Position numbers and translations under genes: made by a program. A model generated the notes under the pieces. That model searched no databases. It worked only from the letters and a program-made list of their open reading frames with translations, and was not told the DNA's origin. Of a stretch of DNA of 64,000 bases, positions 1 through 9,910 are shown one piece after another. The number at the start of each line of letters is the position of its first letter. The stretch's first letter is position 1. The stretch is from a virus. The DNA lies in IMG/VR virus record IMGVR_UViG_3300031552_000003, positions 11,422-75,421 of that record. The stretch is one strand, 5' to 3'.

Positions 1-1
1 T

Positions 2-256
2 ATGTTTCCTGATAAAATAGTAAAAAGAATTTATTTATATGTGCTTCCTTTGTTTTTTAGTATTGTTTGTTTGTATTATTTTATTTGTTTATTTAAAATT
101 AATATATTTCAAGGAAGTGATGCTGTAATGTGGGGAAAAATATGGAATGGTATTTTTTTGTTTTGTTTAAGCATAAGTTTGTTGATAATCTTTATTTATA
201 TAAATAGATTTAAAATTTTAAACTATGCCAGAAAGTTTAAAGAAAAAATTAGCTAA
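2..256 (+). CDS. Small two-TM membrane protein (holin-like candidate)
   Basis: Two hydrophobic stretches and a basic C-terminus. Confidence 0.4.
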   Translation: MFPDKIVKRIYLYVLPLFFSIVCLYYFICLFKINIFQGSDAVMWGKIWNGIFLFCLSISLLIIFIYINRFKILNYARKFKEKIS

Positions 257-668
257 TATTTTGCTATCTGCATTAGTTTCTTTTGTAGTGTTTTTATTAG
301 GTGTATGGGTAACTGATATAAAGGCAAGTAAGAAAGATATACAAACTGCATTAAATGAACGTCCAACAACAGATTATATAGAAAATAAATGTCAGAAAAT
401 AACAGATTATGTTATTATGCAGGATAATGAAATTAAAATTACTGTGGCAGAAAATAAAAAGGAAGCTTCTCAACAACGACTTGATATGGAGAATAGATTT
501 TTTAAATATATAGAGCAAATATTAAAATCAAATGAAATAACACAACAAGATGTTCGTGACTTAAAAATATATATTTTGAATGGGCAAAATAAACAAAAAA
601 CTGTGGGCAATTTAAAAAATATGGGATTATCTTTAGATTCTTTGTTATTTCCTAATATTTTTAATTAG
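225..668 (+). CDS. N-terminally membrane-anchored coiled-coil protein (lysis accessory candidate)
   Basis: Single TM ILLSALVSFVVFLLGVWV followed by a helical charged region. Confidence 0.4.
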   Translation: MPESLKKKLANILLSALVSFVVFLLGVWVTDIKASKKDIQTALNERPTTDYIENKCQKITDYVIMQDNEIKITVAENKKEASQQRLDMENRFFKYIEQILKSNEITQQDVRDLKIYILNGQNKQKTVGNLKNMGLSLDSLLFPNIFN

Positions 669-690
669 CACATATTAAAATTGATATAAA

Positions 691-2109
691 ATGAAACGCG
701 CAATAAAATCAAAAGAAATAACATCAAATACGGATTTGCAAACATTAAGCACGTTAGTATCACGCATGGCTTTGGCGAGTTCTCTTGGGCAGCAAACATA
801 CGGAGGGGATCGTGATATATATCAGGCTCTCGGATATCCTGTGGATATAAAATATAAAGATTATGTTGCACGTTATTTTAGACAAGATATTGCAAAAGCA
901 ATTATAGACCGTCCAGTAAAAGCGACTTGGCAAGGAAAATTAGAATTGGTAGAATCTGAAAAGGAAGAAACCCCATTTGAAAAAGCTTGGATTGATTTAA
1001 ATGATAAATTTGGGTTACAATCAATATTTTCCAGGGTAGATCGTTTAACTGGTATTGGAAAATATGGTATTATTTTATTGGGTTTAGATGATGTTCAAAA
1101 AAATGATGATTTTCAAAAACCGTCTATAGGAAAAAGAAAATTAATTTATTTGATGCCTTTTGGAGAAGGGTCTGCTGTTATAAATACATATGAAACAGAT
1201 GCAAGAAACCCGAGATATGGAAAACCTTTAACTTATTCTATTACTGTACAACAAATGGAAGGTGGTGTAAGTACAGTTATTGAAGTACATTACAGCAGAA
1301 TAGTACACATTATAGATAATCCATTAGAATCTGATATAGAAAGTACCCCTGTTTTAGAAGTTGTCTTTAATCGGTTAATTGATTTGGAAAAACTTGTAGG
1401 AGGGGATGCGGAAATGTTTTGGAGAGGGGCACGGCCAGGTTATGCGGGTTCTGTTGATAAAGATTTTCAAATGACCCCTAAAACAAAAGCTGATTTAAAA
1501 GAACAAATTGATGAGTATGAGCATAATTTACGGAGGATATTGGTTAATGAAGGCGTGGATTTAAAAGCATTAGCACAGCAAATTGCAGATCCTATAAACC
1601 ATGTTGATGTGCAAATACAAATGATATCAGCAGTTACAGGTATTCCAAAAAGAATATTAGTAGGAAGTGAACGTGGAGAATTATCAAGTGCGCAAGATAC
1701 ATCAGAATGGAAAACATATGTACGCATACGTAGGCAGGAACATGCGGAACCTCATATTATTCGCCCTTTTGTAACTCGCTGTATGGAGCTTGGGGTTCTT
1801 CCAAGATTAACAACAAGTAGATATTCTGCGACTTGGGAAGATTTATTTGCTTTGAGTGAAGGCGATAGGGTTAAAATTGGAAAAGAAAGAGCATCAGCTT
1901 TGAAAGACTATACTTCAAGCCCAATGTCGGAAGCAGTATTATCTCCGGAAGCATTTGTAGAATTTTGTATGGGGTTTACCTCAGATCAAATTAACAAGTT
2001 AAAACAAATGATGGGAGGGCCTGAATCTTTAGAACAAAAAAGTATGCAAAAATTTAAGGAAATTACAGAGAAACAAGCTCCTTTAGAAAAAAAAAGATAC
2101 CAAAGATAG
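691..2109 (+). CDS. Portal protein (DUF1073-like)
   Basis: 472 aa; IAKAIIDRPV, ISAVTGIPKRILVG motifs; first gene of head module. Confidence 0.85.
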   Translation: MKRAIKSKEITSNTDLQTLSTLVSRMALASSLGQQTYGGDRDIYQALGYPVDIKYKDYVARYFRQDIAKAIIDRPVKATWQGKLELVESEKEETPFEKAWIDLNDKFGLQSIFSRVDRLTGIGKYGIILLGLDDVQKNDDFQKPSIGKRKLIYLMPFGEGSAVINTYETDARNPRYGKPLTYSITVQQMEGGVSTVIEVHYSRIVHIIDNPLESDIESTPVLEVVFNRLIDLEKLVGGDAEMFWRGARPGYAGSVDKDFQMTPKTKADLKEQIDEYEHNLRRILVNEGVDLKALAQQIADPINHVDVQIQMISAVTGIPKRILVGSERGELSSAQDTSEWKTYVRIRRQEHAEPHIIRPFVTRCMELGVLPRLTTSRYSATWEDLFALSEGDRVKIGKERASALKDYTSSPMSEAVLSPEAFVEFCMGFTSDQINKLKQMMGGPESLEQKSMQKFKEITEKQAPLEKKRYQR

Positions 2110-2120
2110 TAAAATAGATA

Positions 2121-3050
2121 ATGATGTTTAGAAATAAAATAGATATATACAAACAATATGATCCAACACGCACAACAGTGTTGCGAAATTTATTTACGCG
2201 TGATATGCTTCGTCGTTTTGACATAATAATTTCTATTATTATGAAAACAGTAGTTGATAATGATTGTTTTGGTTTACAAAAAAACATTCAAATAAATCAG
2301 GTACTTCCAGCAGGGTGGCAAGCTTTTAATTATCGGTTAAGCCAGGAAAAGATTACAAAATTTATGGAATGGTTGAGAATACAAGTAAATTTGGGTATTC
2401 TTGATATAAGGGAATTTGAACAAATAGGTGATGCTGTTAATTTTGCCTGGACTAATAAGTATGTGTTTGATTCATATAAAAGAGGAGTAATTAGGGCACG
2501 ATATGAGTTACAGAAAGCAGGATTTAAAGTACCATCTATAGATGATACCGGAGGAATTGAAATATCTATGGCTTTGCCTATTCATCTTGATAGATTAGGA
2601 ATATTATATGCCCGGGTTTATTCAGATTTAAAAGGAATTTCAGAACAAATGGATGCTTATATAAGCCGTATTTTGGCACAAGGTATAGCAGATGGGGACA
2701 GTCCATTGTTGCTTGCTCGTAAATTAGTTTCTGTTATTAATGGACAAGGTATAGGTGATTTAGGTGTTACGGATACATTAGGGAGGTTTATTTCTGCAAA
2801 AAGACGGGCAGAAATGCTTGCGCGGACGGAAATAATACGGGCACATGCGGAAGCTCAATTGCAAGAATTTAGAAATTGGGGTGTTGAGGGGGTTAGTGTT
2901 GAAGCTGAATTTCAAACAGCAGGTGATGATAAGGTTTGTTCGGAATGTGAAAGTTTGCAAGGAAAAGTATTTACATTGGATGAAGCGAGTGGGGTAATTC
3001 CTGTACATCCTTTTTGCAGATGTTGTTGGCTTCCTTCAATTAAAGAATAA
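2121..3050 (+). CDS. Minor head protein, Mu gpF / SPP1 gp7 family
   Basis: RAEMLARTE, TAGDDKVCSEC and IPVHPFCRC motifs; follows portal. Confidence 0.9.
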   Translation: MMFRNKIDIYKQYDPTRTTVLRNLFTRDMLRRFDIIISIIMKTVVDNDCFGLQKNIQINQVLPAGWQAFNYRLSQEKITKFMEWLRIQVNLGILDIREFEQIGDAVNFAWTNKYVFDSYKRGVIRARYELQKAGFKVPSIDDTGGIEISMALPIHLDRLGILYARVYSDLKGISEQMDAYISRILAQGIADGDSPLLLARKLVSVINGQGIGDLGVTDTLGRFISAKRRAEMLARTEIIRAHAEAQLQEFRNWGVEGVSVEAEFQTAGDDKVCSECESLQGKVFTLDEASGVIPVHPFCRCCWLPSIKE

Positions 3051-3088
3051 GGAGGTATGAAAATAAATAAAATTAGGAGGAAAATAGT

Positions 3089-4702
3089 ATGTGGAAAATA
3101 TCAGATGTAGAATCTCACAAAAAGGGGCTTTCCCCTGAGCAAAAAAAGAGGTGGGTATCTGTGGCTAATTCTATTTTAGCTAAATGCATAAAAGATGGAG
3201 GTTCTGATAGTAGTTGTGCCCCTACAGCTATAAGACAAGCCAATAGTGTGGTTGCAAATAATCAACTTTATGTAAATACATCAAATACAAATTACACTAT
3301 AAGAGAGGAGATACACCAAGGGCGCAAGCATATTGTTGTTCCTGTTGTGATGATGGTAGAAGGTGTGCACAATGGAAGTATGGGGCCTTTGTTGCATACT
3401 GCGGAAGAACTTGGCAAGTATCCGGAATCATGGAACGGTATTCCGGTAGTAATAAATCATCCTGTAAACAATGAAGGGGATAATATTTCGGCAAATTCTC
3501 CTGAAATAATTGATTCAGAAGTTACAGTTGGAAAAGTATATCATACACATTTAGTTGATACTAAATTAATGGCTGAAGCTTATTTGGACGAAGAAAAACT
3601 AAACAATATTTCTTCCAATGCTTTGTTGGCAATTATGAATGGAGATCCACTTGAAGTTAGTATAGGTGTTTTTAATGATACAAATATTGAGCCGGGACAA
3701 TGGCATAATGAAAAATATAACGCAGTAGCTATCAACCATAGACCAGACCATCTTGCTCTTTTGCCCGGGGGGATTGGTGCTTGTTCGTGGGAAGATGGTT
3801 GTGGTGTTCGTGTAAATCAAAAAAAGAAAGGAGGTAAAAATATGGTTGTTGATGATGCAGCACAAATTAATGAGGAGAAACAAAAACATATACAATCTAT
3901 TCTTGATGCTAATATGGATCAAGGATATAGGTATATGATAGAATCTGCTCAAAATATGTTGAATAAGATGGATTCGGAAAATGCTTATCATTATTTGGAA
4001 GATATGGATAATACTCATGTGATATATTCTAAAAGAGATAAAAATGATAGGAAAATGCTTAAACAATCTTATGAAATAAATGAAAGCGGGGTTCCGACAT
4101 TGATTAACAATCCAATTGAAGTAAGACAAAAAATAGATTATGTGCCTGTGGTTACTCACATGGTGAGAAGTAAATTTAATGTTAATAAAGGAGGTAAAGC
4201 AATGAATAATAAAGAAGAATGTGGGCAGTGCATGGAGAAAGTTGTAGCTATTATAAATAGTAATGCTGCTGGAATGACTGCTGAAAATCGTGAATGGCTT
4301 TTAACACAGGATGAGCCTGTTTTGGACATGCTTTTGTCCAAGAAACCTGTTGAAAAGAAAGTAGAAGTATCTGCAAAACTTACTTCGGATCAGATATTGG
4401 ATGCAATGTCTGCTGAGGATAAGGCTGCTCTTGCTTTTGGTAGAAAACAATTAGCTGATAAAAGAGCTAATATGATAAAAGGGATTCAGGACAATACTGA
4501 AAAAGATTTATGGCCGGAAGCTGTTTTAAATACCCTTAGTGAAGATTTTCTTGAAAAACTTTACAATTCTGTAAATGTTAATAATAATGATGATGTAGAA
4601 GCTAATTATGCCTTAAATGGCAATTCTCATCGTATGAATGTTAACTTTAATGATGAGGAAGCTTTGTATCCGGTTGGAGTAGAAATTGAAACTACAAAAT
4701 AA
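3089..4702 (+). CDS. Prohead protease/scaffold (DUF2213-like)
   Basis: WNGIPVVINHP, EVSIG, PDHLALL and GACSWEDGCG motifs; helical C-terminal part; strong SD AGGAGG. Confidence 0.8.
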   Translation: MWKISDVESHKKGLSPEQKKRWVSVANSILAKCIKDGGSDSSCAPTAIRQANSVVANNQLYVNTSNTNYTIREEIHQGRKHIVVPVVMMVEGVHNGSMGPLLHTAEELGKYPESWNGIPVVINHPVNNEGDNISANSPEIIDSEVTVGKVYHTHLVDTKLMAEAYLDEEKLNNISSNALLAIMNGDPLEVSIGVFNDTNIEPGQWHNEKYNAVAINHRPDHLALLPGGIGACSWEDGCGVRVNQKKKGGKNMVVDDAAQINEEKQKHIQSILDANMDQGYRYMIESAQNMLNKMDSENAYHYLEDMDNTHVIYSKRDKNDRKMLKQSYEINESGVPTLINNPIEVRQKIDYVPVVTHMVRSKFNVNKGGKAMNNKEECGQCMEKVVAIINSNAAGMTAENREWLLTQDEPVLDMLLSKKPVEKKVEVSAKLTSDQILDAMSAEDKAALAFGRKQLADKRANMIKGIQDNTEKDLWPEAVLNTLSEDFLEKLYNSVNVNNNDDVEANYALNGNSHRMNVNFNDEEALYPVGVEIETTK

Positions 4703-4717
4703 GAAAGGAGAGTAATT

Positions 4718-5233
4718 ATGAAATACAACACAATTAAATTAAAGAATTATTTACATATTCGTGAAGAATATACTGCGGCAGAAGCTATCCTTCCGGGGAT
4801 GTTGGTTGAATTAAACAGTTCCGGGACACTTCAAAAACATTCAGGGGCAGGACAAACAGCTCTTCCTATGTTTGCGATAGAAGATGCTTTACAAGGTAAA
4901 GCGATTGATGAAGCTTATGCAGCTTCAGATAAAGTACAAGTATGGGTCCCTACAAGGGGGGATATTGTATATGGTTTGCTTGCAGATGAGGAAACTGTTG
5001 TTATTGGTGATTTTGTTGAAAGTAATGGGGCTGGGTTTCTTCGTAAATTAGTCCGTACAAATGAGAGTTGGGAATCTGATGATGATGCCCCGGGTGGAGG
5101 GGATCATACTATTTATGATATGCACATTGTAGGACAAGTGCTTGAAGCTAAAGATTTATCTTCTCTTGAAGGTTCTGAATCCAGTGCAGCTACGGCCACA
5201 ACTACGCAGTACACTCAAATTAGAATAATGTAA
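4718..5233 (+). CDS. Head decoration/cement protein
   Basis: Between scaffold and capsid genes; AAEAILPGMLV beta-rich pattern. Confidence 0.7.
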   Translation: MKYNTIKLKNYLHIREEYTAAEAILPGMLVELNSSGTLQKHSGAGQTALPMFAIEDALQGKAIDEAYAASDKVQVWVPTRGDIVYGLLADEETVVIGDFVESNGAGFLRKLVRTNESWESDDDAPGGGDHTIYDMHIVGQVLEAKDLSSLEGSESSAATATTTQYTQIRIM

Positions 5234-5252
5234 TTAAAGAAAGGAGAAGAAA

Positions 5253-6356
5253 ATGAAAAACAACGTAAATGTTGATTTATTAGGTAATGGAGGCGGGAAT
5301 GGACAGGTTGCCAAGATGTTATTGTCTAATGGCAAGCTTAATCCCGGGACAATGCGGCCTTTTATTGGAAATGATGGTAATTCGTATATAACTTATTATA
5401 AGGGGGGTAATCCAAATAAACCGGCGAATTATGTCACACAGCGTATTAATTCAAATGCCACACTTCGTCGTGACGAATGGAAAGCGTTAGATGAATCTTT
5501 GCTTGAAGTAGCTCGTCAACGTCTTGGAGGGGTTCAGGATTTGATTGATAGCGGGCTTACCTATAATTTAGGTAATGCAATGGGTACTACAGTACTTGAA
5601 TATCATGATGTAAGCGATGCAATGGAAGCTGACCTTACTATGGATGGTATTACCCGTGGTAAAAATGATCGTCCTGATTTTAATTATCATTATTTACCTA
5701 TTCCCATAATTCATGTTGATTATGAAATCAATGCTCGTGAATTAGCGGCAAGTAGAAATCTTGGTAATCCTTTGGACACAATTGATGCTCAAACTGCTGC
5801 AAGAAAAGTAGCTGAAAAGTTAGAAGCGATGTTGTTTACCAATACTGATTATTCATTTGGTGAAAAAGGATCGAATGGACGAAATACTATCTATAGTTAT
5901 ATCAACCATCCTGACAGGAATTTGGTTACATTGGATATACATTGGGACGATTCTCCGATTACCGGGGCATTGATTGTACAGGATGTTCTTGCATTAAAAC
6001 AGGCATCTATTGCTGATTATCATTATGGCCCGTGGAAATTATACATCCCGACCAATTATGAAACAGTGCTTGATGGTGATTATGATTCTACTACACCTGG
6101 TACAACTATTCGTGAACGTATTATGAAAATTGCTGGTATTACCGGTATTAAAGTAGTAGATACTTTACCTGCGGACAATGTGCTTTTGGTACAAATGACG
6201 AGTGATGTTGTTCGTTTAGTCCGTGGCATGGGTATTCAGAATGTGGAATGGAAGTCAGAAGGCAATATGGTGACAAATTACAAAGTCATGACAATTCAGG
6301 TTCCGCAGATTCGCAGTGATTATAATAAACGGTCAGGAATTATCCATTTGGCTTAA
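5253..6356 (+). CDS. Major capsid protein (HK97 fold, encapsulin/linocin-like branch)
   Basis: 367 aa; TLRRDEWKALD, LPIPIIHVDY, YGPWKLY motifs; strong SD; synteny. Confidence 0.9.
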   Translation: MKNNVNVDLLGNGGGNGQVAKMLLSNGKLNPGTMRPFIGNDGNSYITYYKGGNPNKPANYVTQRINSNATLRRDEWKALDESLLEVARQRLGGVQDLIDSGLTYNLGNAMGTTVLEYHDVSDAMEADLTMDGITRGKNDRPDFNYHYLPIPIIHVDYEINARELAASRNLGNPLDTIDAQTAARKVAEKLEAMLFTNTDYSFGEKGSNGRNTIYSYINHPDRNLVTLDIHWDDSPITGALIVQDVLALKQASIADYHYGPWKLYIPTNYETVLDGDYDSTTPGTTIRERIMKIAGITGIKVVDTLPADNVLLVQMTSDVVRLVRGMGIQNVEWKSEGNMVTNYKVMTIQVPQIRSDYNKRSGIIHLA

Positions 6357-6400
6357 TTTAAAATTGACTAATCAGGTTAATTAATTTAAAAATTGAAAAA

Positions 6401-6772
6401 ATGATACGAAAAAATAAGGAAAATATTAATACACCATCTTCATTTAATTCTATTACAGAAGGCAGGATTCTTTGGAAAAATAATGGTGGGACTTTGAGGC
6501 TTAGAAAAAATAAAATTATTAAGCCGGGAGAAAAATTTAAAGCTTATCCACATGAAATTCCAAAAGCATTTCGGGATGTTATTATTGCATTAGAACCTGT
6601 TACAGATTTTAAAGAAGTTGAAATGAACATTCCTTCAATTACATATACATTGAAACCAAGTGATGAAAATGAAGGGTTTTTTGACATTTATAATTCTCAG
6701 AATAAAAAGATGAATGAACTTCCATTGGAAGAAGAAGTGGCTAAGCAGTTAATTAAAGATTTACAAAGTTAA
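6401..6772 (+). CDS. Hypothetical capsid-adjacent protein
   Basis: Directly follows the capsid gene; begins MIRK. Confidence 0.5.
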   Translation: MIRKNKENINTPSSFNSITEGRILWKNNGGTLRLRKNKIIKPGEKFKAYPHEIPKAFRDVIIALEPVTDFKEVEMNIPSITYTLKPSDENEGFFDIYNSQNKKMNELPLEEEVAKQLIKDLQS

Positions 6773-6776
6773 TTAT

Positions 6777-7499
6777 ATGTGGCATGTTCCTGAAATATGG
6801 AAGAATGGAGAGTGTTGGATATTAGGGGGAGGGCCCTCGTTAGTAGAACAATTTAATATTCCTAAAAATATTGTTCAAAGTGTTATCGAAGGAAAAACTA
6901 CCCCTAATGCTTATTCTCCGTACATGGAAGCTATACATGATAAGCATGTGATAGGGGTTAACATGTCTTATAAAATAGGAAATTGGATTGATTTTGTTTT
7001 TTTTGGGGATAGTGGGTTTTTTGTTAGAGAGAAAAACAACATATCAATTTTCCCAGGAATAAAAGTATCATGTCATCCACAAGTTGAAAAATGTCCTTGG
7101 GTGAAATATGTTGGAAGGGATACAAAGCACCCAAAAGGAATCAGTTCAAATCCTAAAATGGTTTCATGGAATGCAAATAGTGGTGCAGCATCAATAAGTT
7201 TAGCTGCACACCTTGGGGTAAAGAGAATTATTTTAGTAGGATTTGATATGAAATTAGATGATAGTGGTAAACAACATTGGCATGATTTGTATGGTAAGTT
7301 AAAAAACTTAAATATTAATGCTGGAAAAGAAAAAAGAAGGGGGCCAGGAGGATTGCCTTTTAACAGGCATTTATTAGGATTTTCTCAAATTGCAAAAGAT
7401 GCTAATAATATGGGAATTGAAATTTTAAATGCATCTATTAATAGTGCTATACAAGAATTTAAAAAAGTAAATGTAAAAGATTTAATTACTGTTAAATAA
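6777..7499 (+). CDS. Maf/DUF115 (MptE-like, sialyltransferase-like fold) putative glycosyltransferase
   Basis: ILGGGPSL, IGVN, NSGAASISLAAHLGVKRIILVGFDM motifs. Confidence 0.65.
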   Translation: MWHVPEIWKNGECWILGGGPSLVEQFNIPKNIVQSVIEGKTTPNAYSPYMEAIHDKHVIGVNMSYKIGNWIDFVFFGDSGFFVREKNNISIFPGIKVSCHPQVEKCPWVKYVGRDTKHPKGISSNPKMVSWNANSGAASISLAAHLGVKRIILVGFDMKLDDSGKQHWHDLYGKLKNLNINAGKEKRRGPGGLPFNRHLLGFSQIAKDANNMGIEILNASINSAIQEFKKVNVKDLITVK

Positions 7500-7511
7500 T
7501 TATAATCAATA

Positions 7512-8291
7512 ATGAATACAGTAAGGATTTGTGGAGGAGTTGGAAATCAATTGTTCCAGTATGCTTTTGGAAAATTTCAGGAATTTTTAGGAATATCGGT
7601 AGATTATGATATTTCGTGGTATAATAAACCACAAGTTCCACCAAGGTTATTTAGGTTATGTAAATATAAGATTGATTTAGATAAAAAATTAATTACATCT
7701 AAAGTATATAAAAGAACAATATTAGAAAAAGGGTTTAATTCTAAATCTATTATTGATATTGGGTATAAGTATAGTGGATATTGGCAATCTTCTTTTTATC
7801 ATACAAATATTTTTCCAGTATTAAAGAAAGAATATCAGGTTAAGGAAAATTTTTATACTAAGGAATTTTTAGATTTAAAAAGAAAAATCACACAAAGTAA
7901 TTCAGTTTCTTTGCATGTAAGAAGAGGGGATTATCTTGGAAAAAACAACCAATATGTTTTGCCATTAGAATACTATATTAATGCATTAAAGATATTATCT
8001 TTATTAAAAGGAAATTATGTTGTTTTTGTATTTAGTGATGATATTGCTTGGTGTAAGGAATATTTTCCTAATTTTTATTTTGTACAATTAGATGATTATC
8101 TTGAATTAGAATTGATGAGTTGTTGCAAACATAATATTATTGCAAATAGTACATTTAGTTGGTGGGCAGCATATTTAAATAATAATTCAAATAAAATTGT
8201 AATAGCTCCTAAAAAATGGGTAGCAAGGAAAAAAGATCAAGATTTGATAGATAGAAAAAGGCTTATTTTGCATGATTGGATAAAATTATAG
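7512..8291 (+). CDS. GT11 alpha-1,2-fucosyl/colitosyl-transferase
   Basis: GGVGNQLFQYA, GYWQS, HVRRGDY, NSTFSWWAAYL family motifs. Confidence 0.93.
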   Translation: MNTVRICGGVGNQLFQYAFGKFQEFLGISVDYDISWYNKPQVPPRLFRLCKYKIDLDKKLITSKVYKRTILEKGFNSKSIIDIGYKYSGYWQSSFYHTNIFPVLKKEYQVKENFYTKEFLDLKRKITQSNSVSLHVRRGDYLGKNNQYVLPLEYYINALKILSLLKGNYVVFVFSDDIAWCKEYFPNFYFVQLDDYLELELMSCCKHNIIANSTFSWWAAYLNNNSNKIVIAPKKWVARKKDQDLIDRKRLILHDWIKL

Positions 8292-8294
8292 TTT

Positions 8295-9041
8295 ATGTAT
8301 GATATTTTAGTCCCCGCGCATGAAAAAGATTTTACAAAATTAAGTTTTGTATATGATTCTATTATAAAAAATATTGAAGGATTTAAGGATATTTACCATA
8401 TAACAAATACAAAAGTTCCAAAATATTTAAGAATTTCAGGAATTAATTATTTTTTAGATGATGAAGTTATTGATTTTGATTTTAGTTTGTTTAGAAATAC
8501 GATAAAGAAAAGAACAGGATGGTATCGTCAACAGTTTGTTAAATTATTTCAAAATGTAACTGGGGATGAGTATTTGGTCACAGAAGCTGATAACATATAT
8601 AATAGGAAGATAAATATTATTGAAAACAATAAACCTGTTTTTTTCTTAGGAAAAGACCAAAATCATGCTCCATATTATAAGATAATGCAAAAGTTATTAG
8701 GCTATGGCAGGGAGTATAATTTTTCGTTTATCAATGAGATTATGTATATAAAACGGGAGTATGTAAAAGAACTTGTTGCTTTAACTAAATTAAATAAATA
8801 TGGGTTTTTTGAGTTATTTGCAAATGAATTAAATCGCACACAAGAAACCAGTGGTTGTTCTGATTATGATTTATATGGAAATTTTATTGCTAAATATCAT
8901 GAAGATGAATATTTATATAAACATGTTAAAACTGTTGTAACAGCTAAACATTCGGAATGGTCAGAAAGTGATATTAAAAAACAAATTGATTTATATAAGA
9001 ATACAGATAATATAATGATAAAATTGCATACATGGATTTAG
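8295..9041 (+). CDS. GT-A-like protein (DUF6492-like)
   Basis: GWYRQQFVKL, EAD (DxD-like), SDYDLYGNF; lies within glycan cluster. Confidence 0.55.
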   Translation: MYDILVPAHEKDFTKLSFVYDSIIKNIEGFKDIYHITNTKVPKYLRISGINYFLDDEVIDFDFSLFRNTIKKRTGWYRQQFVKLFQNVTGDEYLVTEADNIYNRKINIIENNKPVFFLGKDQNHAPYYKIMQKLLGYGREYNFSFINEIMYIKREYVKELVALTKLNKYGFFELFANELNRTQETSGCSDYDLYGNFIAKYHEDEYLYKHVKTVVTAKHSEWSESDIKKQIDLYKNTDNIMIKLHTWI

Positions 9042-9910
9042 TGATGTTTCATAGTGGAGAAAAGTTTCCTAATTATCTTGGAGATACTTTTAAACAAATA
9101 CGCATGTTTAACCCTGAATTAAACATTCATTTTTTAGTAGATTCTAAATTTTTGCAAAATAAAGTTTTTATTGATTATAATATAATTGTAGTTAATAAAG
9201 ATTTATATTATACAGATAAGATACATGAGTTAAATCTATTATATAAAAGAAAAGCAAATGATTTTTGGACAATTACAACTACACGTTTGGTTTATATTGA
9301 AAATTATATTGAAAAAAAGGATTTAACAAATGTATATCATTTTGAAAATGATGTATTATTATATCGTTCTTTAAAAGATTTTCATACTTTGTTTACTGTA
9401 AAATATCCATATTTAGCTATTACAGCAGGAAGTAAATATAAATATATGACAGGATTTATGTTTATTAAGAATTATATTGCTATTTCTTTAATGACAAGAT
9501 TTTTTATAGATTTATTAAGTACATATGGTAAAGAGAAAATTATTCGCAAATATAATTTAGGAATGATTCATGAAATGGGATTGATGGGGATTTATGGAAT
9601 TGAAAGAGGTTATATATTCATTACAAAACTGCCTACACTACCAAACTCACCAAATTTTGAAGATTTTAATTCTATTTTTGACCCGGCAGCGTGGGGACAA
9701 TTTGTAGGGGGTACACAAAATGAAGGCCCGGGGGCAAAACCTACAGATCATGATATTAGTCAAGTTTTAATAAAACATCCTGAATATAATGTGATTTGGG
9801 TTAAAGATATTGAAGGTAGAAAAATTCCTTTTTTTAAAATGGGTGATGAGCATATTCGAATTAATAATTTACATATACATTCAAAAAATTTACATTTATA
9901 TTTAAGCTAA
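9032..9910 (+). CDS. Putative GT-A fold glycosyltransferase
   Basis: HFENDVLLY, IFDPAAWGQFVGG, NLHIHSK; cluster context. Confidence 0.55.
   Translation: MDLVMFHSGEKFPNYLGDTFKQIRMFNPELNIHFLVDSKFLQNKVFIDYNIIVVNKDLYYTDKIHELNLLYKRKANDFWTITTTRLVYIENYIEKKDLTNVYHFENDVLLYRSLKDFHTLFTVKYPYLAITAGSKYKYMTGFMFIKNYIAISLMTRFFIDLLSTYGKEKIIRKYNLGMIHEMGLMGIYGIERGYIFITKLPTLPNSPNFEDFNSIFDPAAWGQFVGGTQNEGPGAKPTDHDISQVLIKHPEYNVIWVKDIEGRKIPFFKMGDEHIRINNLHIHSKNLHLYLS

Noticed and set aside
5253-6356. Encapsulin or bacteriocin (linocin) call
   Set aside because: Portal-protease-cement-tail context shows it is the phage capsid
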